Origin: Synechococcus sp.
Lineage (GTDB): Bacteria > Cyanobacteriota > Cyanobacteriia > Thermostichales > PCC-7336
Reading direction: 5' to 3'
Length of the DNA: 50,340 nt
Assembly (NCBI GenBank): GCA_051439425.1
Contig: JBFRWD010000115.1
Location: 1-50,340 of the forward strand
Below, one piece after another: positions 39,439 to 49,602 of this stretch (positions within the stretch are counted from its first letter, which is position 1; the number at the start of each line of letters is the position of its first letter). A program made the position numbers and the translations under genes. A model generated the notes under the pieces. That model worked only from the letters and a program-made list of their open reading frames with translations. It searched no databases and was not told the DNA's origin.

Positions 39439-40944
39439 ATGACGGTTGGAGTTTGGATTCTGGGGGATCAGTTATGGGCTGGGCAGGCGGCCCTGTTGCG
39501 GCGTGCAGCGAATAAAGCATGCACTCCGGTTATTGCGATCGAGTCAGCTAATTTCGCCCGACAGCGTCCCTACCACCGTCAGAAATTGGTACTGGTGTGG
39601 TCTGCCATGCGCCACTTTGCGACAGAACTACGGGAAGATGGCTGGCCGGTTACTTACAAGATCTGCGATGACTTTGAATCCCCATTAAAGGCGTGGATTA
39701 CGTCCGAAGGCATCACCGATTTACTGGTGATGACCCCCAGCGATCGCCCCTTCATTCGCTTTCTCCAATCTCTCGATCTTCCCTGTACTCTCACCCTGGT
39801 GCCCAACAACCACTTCTTGTGGACGGATGCAGAGTTCAGCCAGTGGGCCAAAGGTCGCAAGAGCCTGCTGATGGAAACCTTTTACCGTCAGGGCCGCAAG
39901 CGATTTGATGTGCTCATGGATGAAGAAGAGCCAGAAGGTGGGAAGTGGAATTTTGATAAGTCCAACCGCAAGCCACCCAAGGGGCAGCTGAATCCCCCCG
40001 CACCGCTGGTGTTTGACCCCGATGAGATCGCTCGCGCGGTGATGGACCGGGTTGAGTCCGAGACTATTTCAACCTATGGAGATATGGAGCCCTTTCGGTG
40101 GGCCGTGACCCGCCAGCAGGCACTGCAGGTGTTGGATGACTTTATCGAGCAGAGATTAACCACGTTTGGCCCTTATCAAGATGCGATGGTGACGGGTCAA
40201 GACACTCTCTGGCATGCCTTACTCTCTCCCTATCTCAACCTGGGGTTGCTGCAGCCATTAGAGGTGATTCGCGCGGCTGAACGAGCATATCGAGATCGCC
40301 AACTGCCTCTCAATAGCGTTGAAGGACTGATCCGACAGGTGTTGGGATGGCGGGAATATGTGCGAGGGTTGTATTTCTACGTGGATGACGACTATGGCCA
40401 GCACAATTGGTTTGGCCACACGGTTCCGCTACCGGACTTCTTTTGGACTGGTGACACCCAGATGAACTGCCTCAGGCAAGTACTGACGCAGGTGAAGCGG
40501 ACTGGCTACGCTCACCACATTCAACGTCTTATGGTGTTGAGCAATTTCGCTCTAATCGCAGGACTCTCCCCCCAAGAAGTGGAGCAATGGTTTCACTCTG
40601 CCTTCATTGACGGATACGACTGGGTGATGCAAACGAACGTGTTGGGGATGGGACTGTTTGCCGATGGAGGACTGCTGGCGACGAAACCCTATGCCGCATC
40701 AGCCAACTACATTCATAAAATGAGCGATTATTGCAAGAGTTGCGCCTACGATCGTAAACAACGAGTTGGAGATAACGCCTGTCCGTTCAATACCTTGTAT
40801 TGGGATTTTCTCGATCGCCATCGCGATAAGCTGAAAGTGAATGGCCGCATGAATCTTGTGTTAGCAAATTTAAATAAAATATCTACAGAAGAACTGAATC
40901 AGATTCGAGATCGGGCGGCTATTTGTCAATCAGAATTTTCATAA
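39439..40944 (+). CDS. FeS-BCP / PhrB-like cryptochrome-photolyase (bacterial (6-4) photolyase clade)
   Basis: ILGDQL, HRQKL, SAMRHF, GGKWNFD, FGPYQDAM, RQVLGWREY, HHIQRLM; four FeS Cys (MNC, YCKSC, ACPF). Confidence 0.92.
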   Translation: MTVGVWILGDQLWAGQAALLRRAANKACTPVIAIESANFARQRPYHRQKLVLVWSAMRHFATELREDGWPVTYKICDDFESPLKAWITSEGITDLLVMTPSDRPFIRFLQSLDLPCTLTLVPNNHFLWTDAEFSQWAKGRKSLLMETFYRQGRKRFDVLMDEEEPEGGKWNFDKSNRKPPKGQLNPPAPLVFDPDEIARAVMDRVESETISTYGDMEPFRWAVTRQQALQVLDDFIEQRLTTFGPYQDAMVTGQDTLWHALLSPYLNLGLLQPLEVIRAAERAYRDRQLPLNSVEGLIRQVLGWREYVRGLYFYVDDDYGQHNWFGHTVPLPDFFWTGDTQMNCLRQVLTQVKRTGYAHHIQRLMVLSNFALIAGLSPQEVEQWFHSAFIDGYDWVMQTNVLGMGLFADGGLLATKPYAASANYIHKMSDYCKSCAYDRKQRVGDNACPFNTLYWDFLDRHRDKLKVNGRMNLVLANLNKISTEELNQIRDRAAICQSEFS

Positions 40945-41470
40945 GTAATTTCTCTATACCCATTGATTGACTAAGCGTAAACACCGAGCAATTGGGTGTG
41001 GTTCATTCAAAAACGCGATGAAGAGACTTGCTTTAGGAAGTGGCAAATAAATCTTGAGTTCGTTTCTTCATGAAACCCCAACAATGTTTATCAGAATTTT
41101 ACAGAGATGTAAGAAAGCGGAGAGTGTGGGTAATGTATCTCCAGAAGAGCAGGCGGAGAACATGATGTGCTCGCGTACTTGCTCTCTAGTTCAAAATATT
41201 CCGATGGCAACCTCATAGTTAGAGTCACCTGACGATATAGGCAGTCAATCAGCTAGCGAAATCGTTATGGTTGAGGGAATTGATACAGCACGATAGTTTC
41301 TACGAGTTGTTTATCAAGTCGAGAGTCTCGTGCGTATCAATTAAACATATTAGATATCTGCAAAACCATTCTGCGAGAGATGCCAAATCTTGGCCGCTCG
41401 CAATTTTTTGTGGACATACGTTCTGCTTGGCCATCGGAATAGATCTTCATCACAAACAAGGAAAGAAACG

Positions 41471-42037
41471 ATGAACGTCAAGCATCTGATTGCGGGTTCA
41501 ATGTTAGGATTTTTCGCTGTTGCAGGTGGCGCGATCGCGGCTCCTCTAGAGGCAGGGGTGTCCTCCGGTACCATCCAAAATCCTTCCATTCGCTTTATCG
41601 AGGCTCGCGAGCAGAATTTCCAAGAAGCGGTGCGTCAAAATAACGCCCCTGTTGCTGCCATGTTCAGAGATTCTCAACAGACGACCAATATGGCGACCGG
41701 TTTGTCTGACGATCTTCAGGGCATCGGCGTGGGCGAAAACAGCCAAATGGCCCGCACTCTCTGCGCCATTTCTGCCGTAGAAGTATCCACTCGCCAAGAA
41801 GACTTGGAAGACATGTACTTCCACCTCAGCAAAGTTGAAGGGTTGTTGGCCGAGCACGATGCTAACGCGGGTGCAATTTCCTCCGAGCTGAGCAGCACCT
41901 ACAGCCGCGATCGCGATGCCGTTTACCAAGCCATGCACGCATCGATGGAAACCACCAACTGCGTTCCCGCTTCCGTTAACGCAGCCATCGACCAATCTGA
42001 AGCTGCTCGTCTGGCGATCGTTCAGACCGCTCGCTAA
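41471..42037 (+). CDS. secreted hypothetical protein
   Basis: AGGA RBS; signal peptide MNVKHLIAGSMLGFFAVAGGAIA; helical body with two Cys. Confidence 0.8.
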   Translation: MNVKHLIAGSMLGFFAVAGGAIAAPLEAGVSSGTIQNPSIRFIEAREQNFQEAVRQNNAPVAAMFRDSQQTTNMATGLSDDLQGIGVGENSQMARTLCAISAVEVSTRQEDLEDMYFHLSKVEGLLAEHDANAGAISSELSSTYSRDRDAVYQAMHASMETTNCVPASVNAAIDQSEAARLAIVQTAR

Positions 42038-42092
42038 ATCCCGCTTGTCAGGCTCTCAGAGCCCCTTAAACCATTCACTCCAGAGGTGACTT

Positions 42093-42326
42093 ATGAGTCG
42101 CAAATTAGCTCTGGCTTGTGCTGCCGCGATCGCTTCGCTGTCGTTTGTTGGTGCAGCCAATGCCAACCCCCACGGCCCCACTGTTGTGATTCAAACCAAT
42201 GCTGACGGTACCCACCGGGTGGCAGAGGTTGGAAATCAACGTACCCACACTGATGTGTGGAAGCGCGGTTTGATTCAACGGGAGTACGACGTTCTCGACA
42301 CCGAGCAGTACAACGGTCGTTGGTAA
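42093..42326 (+). CDS. small secreted hypothetical protein
   Basis: GAGG RBS; signal peptide MSRKLALACAAAIASLSFVGAANA; about 53-aa mature part. Confidence 0.8.
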   Translation: MSRKLALACAAAIASLSFVGAANANPHGPTVVIQTNADGTHRVAEVGNQRTHTDVWKRGLIQREYDVLDTEQYNGRW

Positions 42327-42370
42327 CACGATTCCAACTGAGACTCCGTTAACTGATACTCATTATTGTC

Positions 42371-42401
42371 AAAGAGAAGCCCTTTTCGGGCTTCTCTTTT
42401 T
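42371..42401 (+). terminator. Rho-independent terminator (potentially bidirectional)
   Basis: AAAGAGAAGCCC-ttttc-GGGCTTCTCTTTTT. Confidence 0.85.
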
Positions 42402-42476
42402 GAGGGTGTAGGTTGTACCCCGTGCTGCTGGGGGCAGATTCAATCTGCTGAGGGCGTTGAGCTTTATACTGCCTGA

Positions 42477-43382
42477 ATGCACGACGATTCGAGACATAAC
42501 AAGCGAATACCGTCATGGCGAGAAAACGTCTTCATCAAAGCGTTCGATCTCGCACGAACCCTAAACGCTCCGAAGCTGAAGTTGAAGCCCACATCGGAGT
42601 CCGTTCGTCATTCCATCCAGATCTCGATTGGTGTTGTTCTTGGGGTTTGCATTTTAATTGGGGCGATCGCATTTCCTGGCCATACTTTCGCCTCCCCAAA
42701 TGCCCCGAGATGGACTTATGAAGGAGCCTCGGGGCCCGAGCATTGGGGAGAATTGACTGAAGCATTTTCAACCTGCGCCACCGGAACTCAGCAATCTCCG
42801 ATCGATCTTCACGCTGCAATTGATGCTGAGTTAACAGAACTGGAGTTCCACTACACATCAACTCCGCTCCACATTGTGAATAGCGGTCGTACCATTCAAA
42901 TCAACTCCGAACCCGGCAGCACCTTAACCCTGAATGGCCAGATTTACGACCTCTTACAATTCCACTTCCACAATCCGAGCGAGCACACTGTCAACAGTCG
43001 CAGGTATCCGATGGAAGCTCATTTCGTTCACCAAAATGCCGATACCGGTGAATTGGCTGTCGTCGCTATCCTGTTTGCCATTGGCAATAATGACAACGCC
43101 AGCCTGAAGCCTATTTGGAACAATATTCCTTTGAATACCGGTCAGGGTACCGACGCAGAAGAGATTGAGGTCAACGTCGCTGAGTTCTTGCCTGACACCG
43201 TTCAAGAGAACTATCGATATGTCGGCTCTCTCACAACTCCCCCCTGCTCTGAATCAATCAATTGGATTGTGATGAAGCAACCGATGATGGTTTCACCGCA
43301 GCAGGTAGAACGTTTTGCGGGGATTGTCGGCAACAATGCTCGACCGATTCAGCCTCTCGGACGAAGACTCGTGCTTGATTAG
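42477..43382 (+). CDS. alpha-class carbonic anhydrase (EcaA-like, exported)
   Basis: WTYEGASGPEHWG, QSPID, QFHFHNPSEH, MEAHFVH, YVGSLTTPPCSE, NARPIQ; hydrophobic N-terminal segment; start uncertain. Confidence 0.93.
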   Translation: MHDDSRHNKRIPSWRENVFIKAFDLARTLNAPKLKLKPTSESVRHSIQISIGVVLGVCILIGAIAFPGHTFASPNAPRWTYEGASGPEHWGELTEAFSTCATGTQQSPIDLHAAIDAELTELEFHYTSTPLHIVNSGRTIQINSEPGSTLTLNGQIYDLLQFHFHNPSEHTVNSRRYPMEAHFVHQNADTGELAVVAILFAIGNNDNASLKPIWNNIPLNTGQGTDAEEIEVNVAEFLPDTVQENYRYVGSLTTPPCSESINWIVMKQPMMVSPQQVERFAGIVGNNARPIQPLGRRLVLD

Positions 43383-43669
43383 CATGTCGGCAGATACTGC
43401 CGCCATGGCATTTAGCTATTCACTATGGAGAGTTCTCCAATCATTTCTCCTTGAGGATTAAGGCTTTGAGCCGTCTCCCGACTCTAGACCTTACAGTGGA
43501 TTGCAATACCAAAGAACCTCTCGCAGCCTATTGGCGAGAGGTTCTTTGGTATTGGAGACTAACAGCATAGCGATACAGCGTTTATGAGTTAGTCTTTCAG
43601 ACACCGTTTTATAAATACCGGATTTTAGCCAATCACTCAGTCTGGACTGTGCCAATTGATTGGAGATAC

Positions 43670-44398
43670 CTACCGTTGAGACACGCCCAAACGTGCACAC
43701 CAATATTTCACCTTGCTGTTGGTGGGATAGGCTTCCAACATCTCAGCGGCTTCTTTGCGTATTTTTGGGGTGACTCTGCGGGAGTAAGCAACAGCGTCGG
43801 CGGCAGTTTGGAAAAAACGATCCAGCGATCGGCGACGGTTTTGGCAAGAGCTGGTTAAACAATTGCTGAAGTCCGAGTTCGCGAGATCGGCACTACGACC
43901 ATCAGTACCGCGACCACTAGCGGAACTAACCTGCAGAGGGGTCGTGTAGGTCTCTGCAAAGTAATTGGCCGTTTGGTGAGAAATATGGTGGCGATCGGCT
44001 AAGGCTTGACCCAGGAGTTGGTGCTGTCCCTTGCTCTGCAATTCCTCAAGAGTTTGGTGGATGGCTAGCTGAGTCACTAACCCCGCAGCAACAAGATAAT
44101 CACCAATCCGCCGACCACTAGCAGGGATGGGATCGGCTTGAGAAAAGAATTGGATGGTTTGAGGCTGAATTTGGATGCGCTGTGCCAAAACGTCTGCAAA
44201 GCTGCCTCCTACACACCTCCATTCCTGTACCAAGCGGCAGACTTCGGACATCGTCAAGGATGCGAGGCCAGCAGCAGAGAGACGCTGAACCAACGGAGAT
44301 TGTATGACCTTATGGGCGTAGTTTCTGTCAGCTACAGATACGCTGCTAGCAGAGGAGAAGCTCCCGCTACTATTAAAACTGGCGGCGAAATTCGTCAT
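43670..44398 (-). CDS. hypothetical protein with MshEN/GSPII-E N-terminal-like motifs
   Basis: RRIGDYLVAAGLVTQLAIHQTLEELQ...LLGQALADRHHIS; ATG at 44398 preferred, though the ORF extends to 44467. Confidence 0.7.
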   Translation of the reverse strand: MTNFAASFNSSGSFSSASSVSVADRNYAHKVIQSPLVQRLSAAGLASLTMSEVCRLVQEWRCVGGSFADVLAQRIQIQPQTIQFFSQADPIPASGRRIGDYLVAAGLVTQLAIHQTLEELQSKGQHQLLGQALADRHHISHQTANYFAETYTTPLQVSSASGRGTDGRSADLANSDFSNCLTSSCQNRRRSLDRFFQTAADAVAYSRRVTPKIRKEAAEMLEAYPTNSKVKYWCARLGVSQR

Positions 44399-44869
44399 TG
44401 TAGGTTTGGGTTCCACACAGACAAACGTAAGTAGGATTGACAACAAGAGAAAAATCCGTGTTATCACTTGTTAATTATTACACGGATGCTGGGTAGTGAA
44501 AAGTCCTAAAAGTGAAGAAGGTCTGTAAAGTCGATCGCTTAGTTCGGCATGCTTAGGTTACAGAATAACTAGTAATGAAGGAGGGCTTCCCCTTCTGTCG
44601 AGCGAGAATTCTGTTGAAAACAGAGAAGCTAGATTCACTATTGAGACTTGCATAGAGGTTCGTCAATGGTGGCTATTCGCAATAACGGAACCATGGACGA
44701 TATACCGTAGAAATCATCATTCAAGCGTTGAAGGGTATTCGATAGGTTGACTGGGGAGTGTATTGGTGTGCAATGGGTCGCATTGCCGCATCAAATAGCG
44801 ATCGCGCTTGGATTGGGCATCCATATCTTGAGGGCGTTACCGTTCAGCGGAATGGCAGCCTGAGGGCAC

Positions 44870-44905
44870 GACCATTTGAAGGAGTGACCATTTGAAGGAG
44901 TGACC
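44870..44905 (+). repeat. 16-bp tandem duplication containing the xrtO Shine-Dalgarno sequence
   Basis: GACCATTTGAAGGAGT twice, then GACC. Confidence 0.9.
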
Positions 44906-46453
44906 GTGCAAAGTGCAATGAAACGCGATGCCGAGTGGCAACAGGGTGGTTCAGCTTGGATAACGTCAATATCCCTATTTGGCATTTGGGGATTTGCGAA
45001 TGCTTCTGCCCTCCAATGGCTGGCTTCTACCGTTGAGTCTGCCTCTTTACTTAATCTCGGCTTGGCCCTGGGGGTTGTGGGGGGCGTGGCGCTTTCTTTA
45101 ATGGGCAATCGCCCACTTACAAGGCTGAAACGACAGGTTGTTACGCGCCCTCAAGTTCAGTGGCTACCCCTTGTGGTGATGCTCGGAGCGCTCTCTTCCA
45201 CCATTGCAGTTAAAAGCTGGGCGGATATTCCTCAGCTTGAATTAGCGCTGTTCGTGTTGGGGACCTACGGGTTGCTGGGATTGTTTCTAAAATCCACTGC
45301 TTGGAAGCAAGGGGTAGTATCTGCCATCTTGCTGGCCTGCGTTCTTCCCTTCAGCACTCAATTTCAAACGGGTTTGGGCATTCCTGCCCGCGTTTTGACT
45401 GCGCATTTCGTCGAGCAAGCCATGCATTTGCTGCAATTTTCGGCAGTATCTGCCAATGACATTATTGTGCTGGAGAACGGGATTGCCCATGTTGATTTAC
45501 CCTGCAGCGGTTTGAAAAGCCTGTGGACGGGTAGCTTGTTCTTGTTGTTAGTGACTTGGCTAGAGCATCGGCAACTGGGGTTGAGGTGGCTTATGGCGGC
45601 TTCTGGAACGATTGTGGCGCTGTTCTGGGCCAATGCTGTGCGGGTATTGTTGCTGGTTTTACTGGCTCACGGTCTGAATACCCGCCAGTTTGCCGAGATG
45701 TTGCACGTACCGTTAGGGCTCATCGGATTTTGTATATCTTGTGGGTTGGGTTGGCTGTTTCTGCAGTGGGTTCCCAAGCGAGAGAGCGATCGTGTTGAGA
45801 ACGAACACCTGCATTCAACTCAACAGTTTTTAGTGCGTCACCCTTCAGCAAAATGGCAAGTGGGCTTGGTTGCTGTCTTAGCAGTTTTGGCTGTGGCAAG
45901 CAACCACGTGACTCCTCCGATGCCCAGCACCACAATCACAGCCATCCAACTCCCTCCACAGCTACATGCCACTTCGCTTCCACTGACCCAAATAGAAACA
46001 CAATTCTTCCAACATTCCACCTTCCCGATTGCCGAAAAATGGCGCTTTGACTGGGATGGAACGAGCGGGTCGATGTTAGTGGTGGCCAGCCATGCTTGGC
46101 AGGCCCATCACCCTCCCGAACTGTGTTTTGCTGGCAATGGATTTGACGTAGACGACATGACGCACCAGCAGATTGCCGAACATCTTGATGCTCGTTGGCT
46201 ATCGCTGGAAAACGGTACCCTATCCGCCACCTATTGGTTCCAATCTCCTCAGGGCACGACCGATGACTTCATGGCCCGGTTCGTAGAATCGATTACCCAC
46301 CGCAATACCCCCTGGACAATGGTCTCTATTTTGTTCGATCGCCCGCTAGCGCCCAGCGATGAAGAGGTACGAGCTTTAACTGCCACTATCCGGTCGGCAG
46401 TCGCTGACAGCTTTATCCCGAGCCATTCTGCGCCCGACTCTTTACCCAGCTAA
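44900..46453 (+). CDS. xrtO: exosortase O
   Basis: Polytopic membrane protein with Cys/Arg/His triad VDLPCSGLKSL, ANAVRV, LHVPLG; C-terminal HHPPELC domain; adjacent PEP-CTERM target; start may be 44906 or 44918. Confidence 0.85.
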   Translation: MTVQSAMKRDAEWQQGGSAWITSISLFGIWGFANASALQWLASTVESASLLNLGLALGVVGGVALSLMGNRPLTRLKRQVVTRPQVQWLPLVVMLGALSSTIAVKSWADIPQLELALFVLGTYGLLGLFLKSTAWKQGVVSAILLACVLPFSTQFQTGLGIPARVLTAHFVEQAMHLLQFSAVSANDIIVLENGIAHVDLPCSGLKSLWTGSLFLLLVTWLEHRQLGLRWLMAASGTIVALFWANAVRVLLLVLLAHGLNTRQFAEMLHVPLGLIGFCISCGLGWLFLQWVPKRESDRVENEHLHSTQQFLVRHPSAKWQVGLVAVLAVLAVASNHVTPPMPSTTITAIQLPPQLHATSLPLTQIETQFFQHSTFPIAEKWRFDWDGTSGSMLVVASHAWQAHHPPELCFAGNGFDVDDMTHQQIAEHLDARWLSLENGTLSATYWFQSPQGTTDDFMARFVESITHRNTPWTMVSILFDRPLAPSDEEVRALTATIRSAVADSFIPSHSAPDSLPS

Positions 46454-46530
46454 ATGCTGCGAATTCTGAATGGTTTTAATATGGCGACTCTTCACTATCA
46501 CGTCCCGCTCGCAAGAAGGTAAATGCTCAT

Positions 46531-49353
46531 ATGACCCGTTTGCAACGGCTGCGTTCAATCGCCACTCACTTAATTTTTTGGGGATGGAATGCGATCTTCC
46601 TGCTAATTGTGTTTGCGGGGATTTTGCCGGCTATTGGTGTGCCTTTATTTCAAGGGCTAATCGCAGGAGCAGTTCCCTACTCGATTGCTTTATCGTTATC
46701 CGGACTATTGGCCGTGCCCGTGGTCTGTACCGTACTCGGCATCATCAAGTTCCGTAAAAGTACCCGTCAGTTGTGGCGCTTGTTCTATGGTGTGGAGGCT
46801 CCGCTATTTTCGCTTTGTCTCGTGCGCCTATTCTTGTTGAGAGAATTACCGGCAGGAGCATCGATCGTCGTCTTCACGGTATTGCTGGCGATCGCGGTTT
46901 TTTTGACCAGCTTGTGGCGGCAGCAGGCCGATGTGAAAAGCGAACACCCTGTACGAGCTTGGTTCAATCTTTCCGGCCAAACAGCAGTGTTTTGGGTGGG
47001 AGCCTATTCCAGTTTAGTGTTGCTGTTTTATGTGGTGCCGCTGGCCCTGTGGCTGGTGCTCGGGGCAATCTCGCTAGACTGGCTGAACGTCCTGGGGAAT
47101 GCCTTTCGGTATGGAGGCATTTGGACTGTTCTATCGCTAATTCTGTTTGGGTTTTCCGCCACGCTATTTCTGGGGATGCCCGTAGCCATGTGCTGGCTTT
47201 ACGTGCGGCAGAGCGGGGAAAATTATCAACAATTTGCTCGCCGGTTTGGGCGCGCTTCGGCATGGGGAGGGATCGTTGGGGCGACGGCTGCTGGGGCGAT
47301 CGCCTGTTTTCTACTGCAACAGCAGCCCGCAGCCACTGCGTTTGAATTGCTCGCCACTCCCCCGCAAACCGATGCCGAACGACAGGAGGTCCTCGCCGAA
47401 GCCAGTACGATTCGGAAGGGTCTGCGGCATGCCTATTTATCGTCCTACCGCTACTTGAGCACCACTGCCGAGAACAATCATATTTTTGCCATATACCATC
47501 TCTACATGGGGTTGCCGGAAAGTATCAGCACGGGACTGCAACAGGCGTACAACGAATTGATGGCACCGTTTCTCTATGACGGCTCTCGTGGAGATGTGGA
47601 ACAAGCAGAGAAGCTGTACGCCCAATTTTTCGACACTTCCATCCAAAAAGGGGAGCGGCAAGCGATTCGCAAAGCCTTGCAATCGACATTTAACCGAGAA
47701 GAAGCTCAAGCTGGATTAATCAATATCGATCGCCAGCTAGTGTTGCTCAAACAACAAGATATTTTGCTTGAAGAGCATGGTGATTGGGCAGAAGTGGAGC
47801 TGCACGAGCAGTATCAGAACCAGACATTTCAAGATGAAGAGATTTTCTATTCCTTCTCGCTGCCGGAGAGTGCCGTAATAACGGGGGTTTGGCTGGGAAA
47901 TAGCGATCGCCTAGACGAACGGTTTGAATTTCGGGTGTCACCGCGAGGGGCCGCACAGCAGGTATATCAGCAGGAAGTCAGTCGACAGGTAGACCCCGCC
48001 TTGCTAGAGCAAGTGGGGCCGAGACAATATCGACTGCGAGCCTTCCCCATTCCTGCCAAACAGGTGGGAGAGGAGGAGCAACCGGAGCTGCATTTGTGGA
48101 TGACCTATCGGGTGCTGCAGGAAGGGCAAGGGTGGCCGCTACCCAGACTAATCGAACATCGTAATGTTTTTTGGTCGAATCAAACAGAGCGCACAAGGCC
48201 GGGGTACGTTAGCCCAGCTAACACGACTGTGGATGGCTGGCTGGAAGAATCCGTACCGGCCACAACCGCATTCGAGCCAAAAGCTCATATGGTGAACTTC
48301 TCGAATGGCAATAAGGTTTTCGCCACCCCCTTCCCCCTCAACCGCCTGGATGGAGGAGAAAGGCTGCTGTCCAATTTCCGGATAGCCATTTTGCTCGATC
48401 GCTCCTACAGCATGGAGGCTCACAAAGCCGAAGAACTTCAGGTGTTCGAGTGGTTAACTCGCGAGTTTGGGCCGGCGAATCTGGGCAATAACGATGCGGA
48501 TCTGTACCTATTTGACCGAGAGGATGCTGGACTCATCGAGAACTTGAGGGACTTTAATGCCAGACGGGTGGTGAATTACGGCACGACCCAACTCCAAGAT
48601 ATGCTGGCTAGCTTTCAGCAAATGAACGTGGGGCAAAACTACGATGCCGTGCTGGTCATCACCGATGAAGGCAGTTACGAGCTGGCCAGCGATCGCTCGT
48701 TTGACGATCGACCTTCAGCGCCCATCTGCATTTGGCACTTGGGTGGAGCATTACCAGCGGCTTACGATGACGCCACTCTAGAGATGATTCAGACCAGTCG
48801 GGGAGGAGTGGCTACCGATCTGGTTGGAGTACTGTCTTTGCTGGAGTTTCACTCTGAATCGTCTGCCCTTCCAGGATCGGCAACGCTATTGCCTAGGATT
48901 GATAATTATTCGTGGCTGTTGACTCCCGAGAACTACGAAAACCTGGATGGGGCAAGCATTCCGGCTGGCACGATCGATAGTTCTGATGACGGATTTGCAG
49001 CGATCGCTGCTCGACAACTCATTCTGGGATTGAGTCGCACGGAGGGAACTTCAGAACTAGCCCAGTTGGATCGCTTGCACGATATTGCCAAAACCTACGA
49101 AGTGGTAACACCTTACTCCTCCATGATTGTGTTGGTGAACGACCGGCAAGAGGAGGATCTGGATGCTGCTGAGGAGGCGTCAGATCGGTTCGATCGCGAG
49201 GTTGAATCGGGTGAAGAAACCCTGCAACAGCCTCACGACCCCCTGACTGTAACTGGAGTGCCTGAACCGGAGGAATGGATGTTATTAGGATTGGTGGCGA
49301 TTGCTCTAGTTCTCTTGGGGGGGAGGCGTTTTCAGCAGGACACCCCTGTTTAG
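46531..49353 (+). CDS. TIGR02921-type PEP-CTERM integral membrane protein (TM region + VIT-like + vWA + PEP-CTERM)
   Basis: IFWGWN, LFYGVEAP; FSLPESAVITG...DPALLEQVGP; MIDAS DRSYSM, ITDEG; VTPYSSMIV; C-terminal VPEPEEWMLLGLVAIALVLLGGRR. Confidence 0.88.
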   Translation: MTRLQRLRSIATHLIFWGWNAIFLLIVFAGILPAIGVPLFQGLIAGAVPYSIALSLSGLLAVPVVCTVLGIIKFRKSTRQLWRLFYGVEAPLFSLCLVRLFLLRELPAGASIVVFTVLLAIAVFLTSLWRQQADVKSEHPVRAWFNLSGQTAVFWVGAYSSLVLLFYVVPLALWLVLGAISLDWLNVLGNAFRYGGIWTVLSLILFGFSATLFLGMPVAMCWLYVRQSGENYQQFARRFGRASAWGGIVGATAAGAIACFLLQQQPAATAFELLATPPQTDAERQEVLAEASTIRKGLRHAYLSSYRYLSTTAENNHIFAIYHLYMGLPESISTGLQQAYNELMAPFLYDGSRGDVEQAEKLYAQFFDTSIQKGERQAIRKALQSTFNREEAQAGLINIDRQLVLLKQQDILLEEHGDWAEVELHEQYQNQTFQDEEIFYSFSLPESAVITGVWLGNSDRLDERFEFRVSPRGAAQQVYQQEVSRQVDPALLEQVGPRQYRLRAFPIPAKQVGEEEQPELHLWMTYRVLQEGQGWPLPRLIEHRNVFWSNQTERTRPGYVSPANTTVDGWLEESVPATTAFEPKAHMVNFSNGNKVFATPFPLNRLDGGERLLSNFRIAILLDRSYSMEAHKAEELQVFEWLTREFGPANLGNNDADLYLFDREDAGLIENLRDFNARRVVNYGTTQLQDMLASFQQMNVGQNYDAVLVITDEGSYELASDRSFDDRPSAPICIWHLGGALPAAYDDATLEMIQTSRGGVATDLVGVLSLLEFHSESSALPGSATLLPRIDNYSWLLTPENYENLDGASIPAGTIDSSDDGFAAIAARQLILGLSRTEGTSELAQLDRLHDIAKTYEVVTPYSSMIVLVNDRQEEDLDAAEEASDRFDREVESGEETLQQPHDPLTVTGVPEPEEWMLLGLVAIALVLLGGRRFQQDTPV

Positions 49354-49602
49354 AGACGCTGAATGTGGAGAAACAGACTTCTTGTGGAGCTGCAGTTACG
49401 CAATTAACTGCTCAATGACAACCTCAACCTCTGGCAATGCTCCTGGCGAGATCGTTCCCCTATCCTGCATTTGCCGAAACGTTTAGACTCCGTCAATGGG
49501 CTGTGGGTGAATCCATACTTACTGCCGAAAATTGCCCTCACGGTTTCACTAACATAACTTCGTAGACTCAAGGTGTGGATACCGCGTTAGCGGGAGAGAA
49601 CC

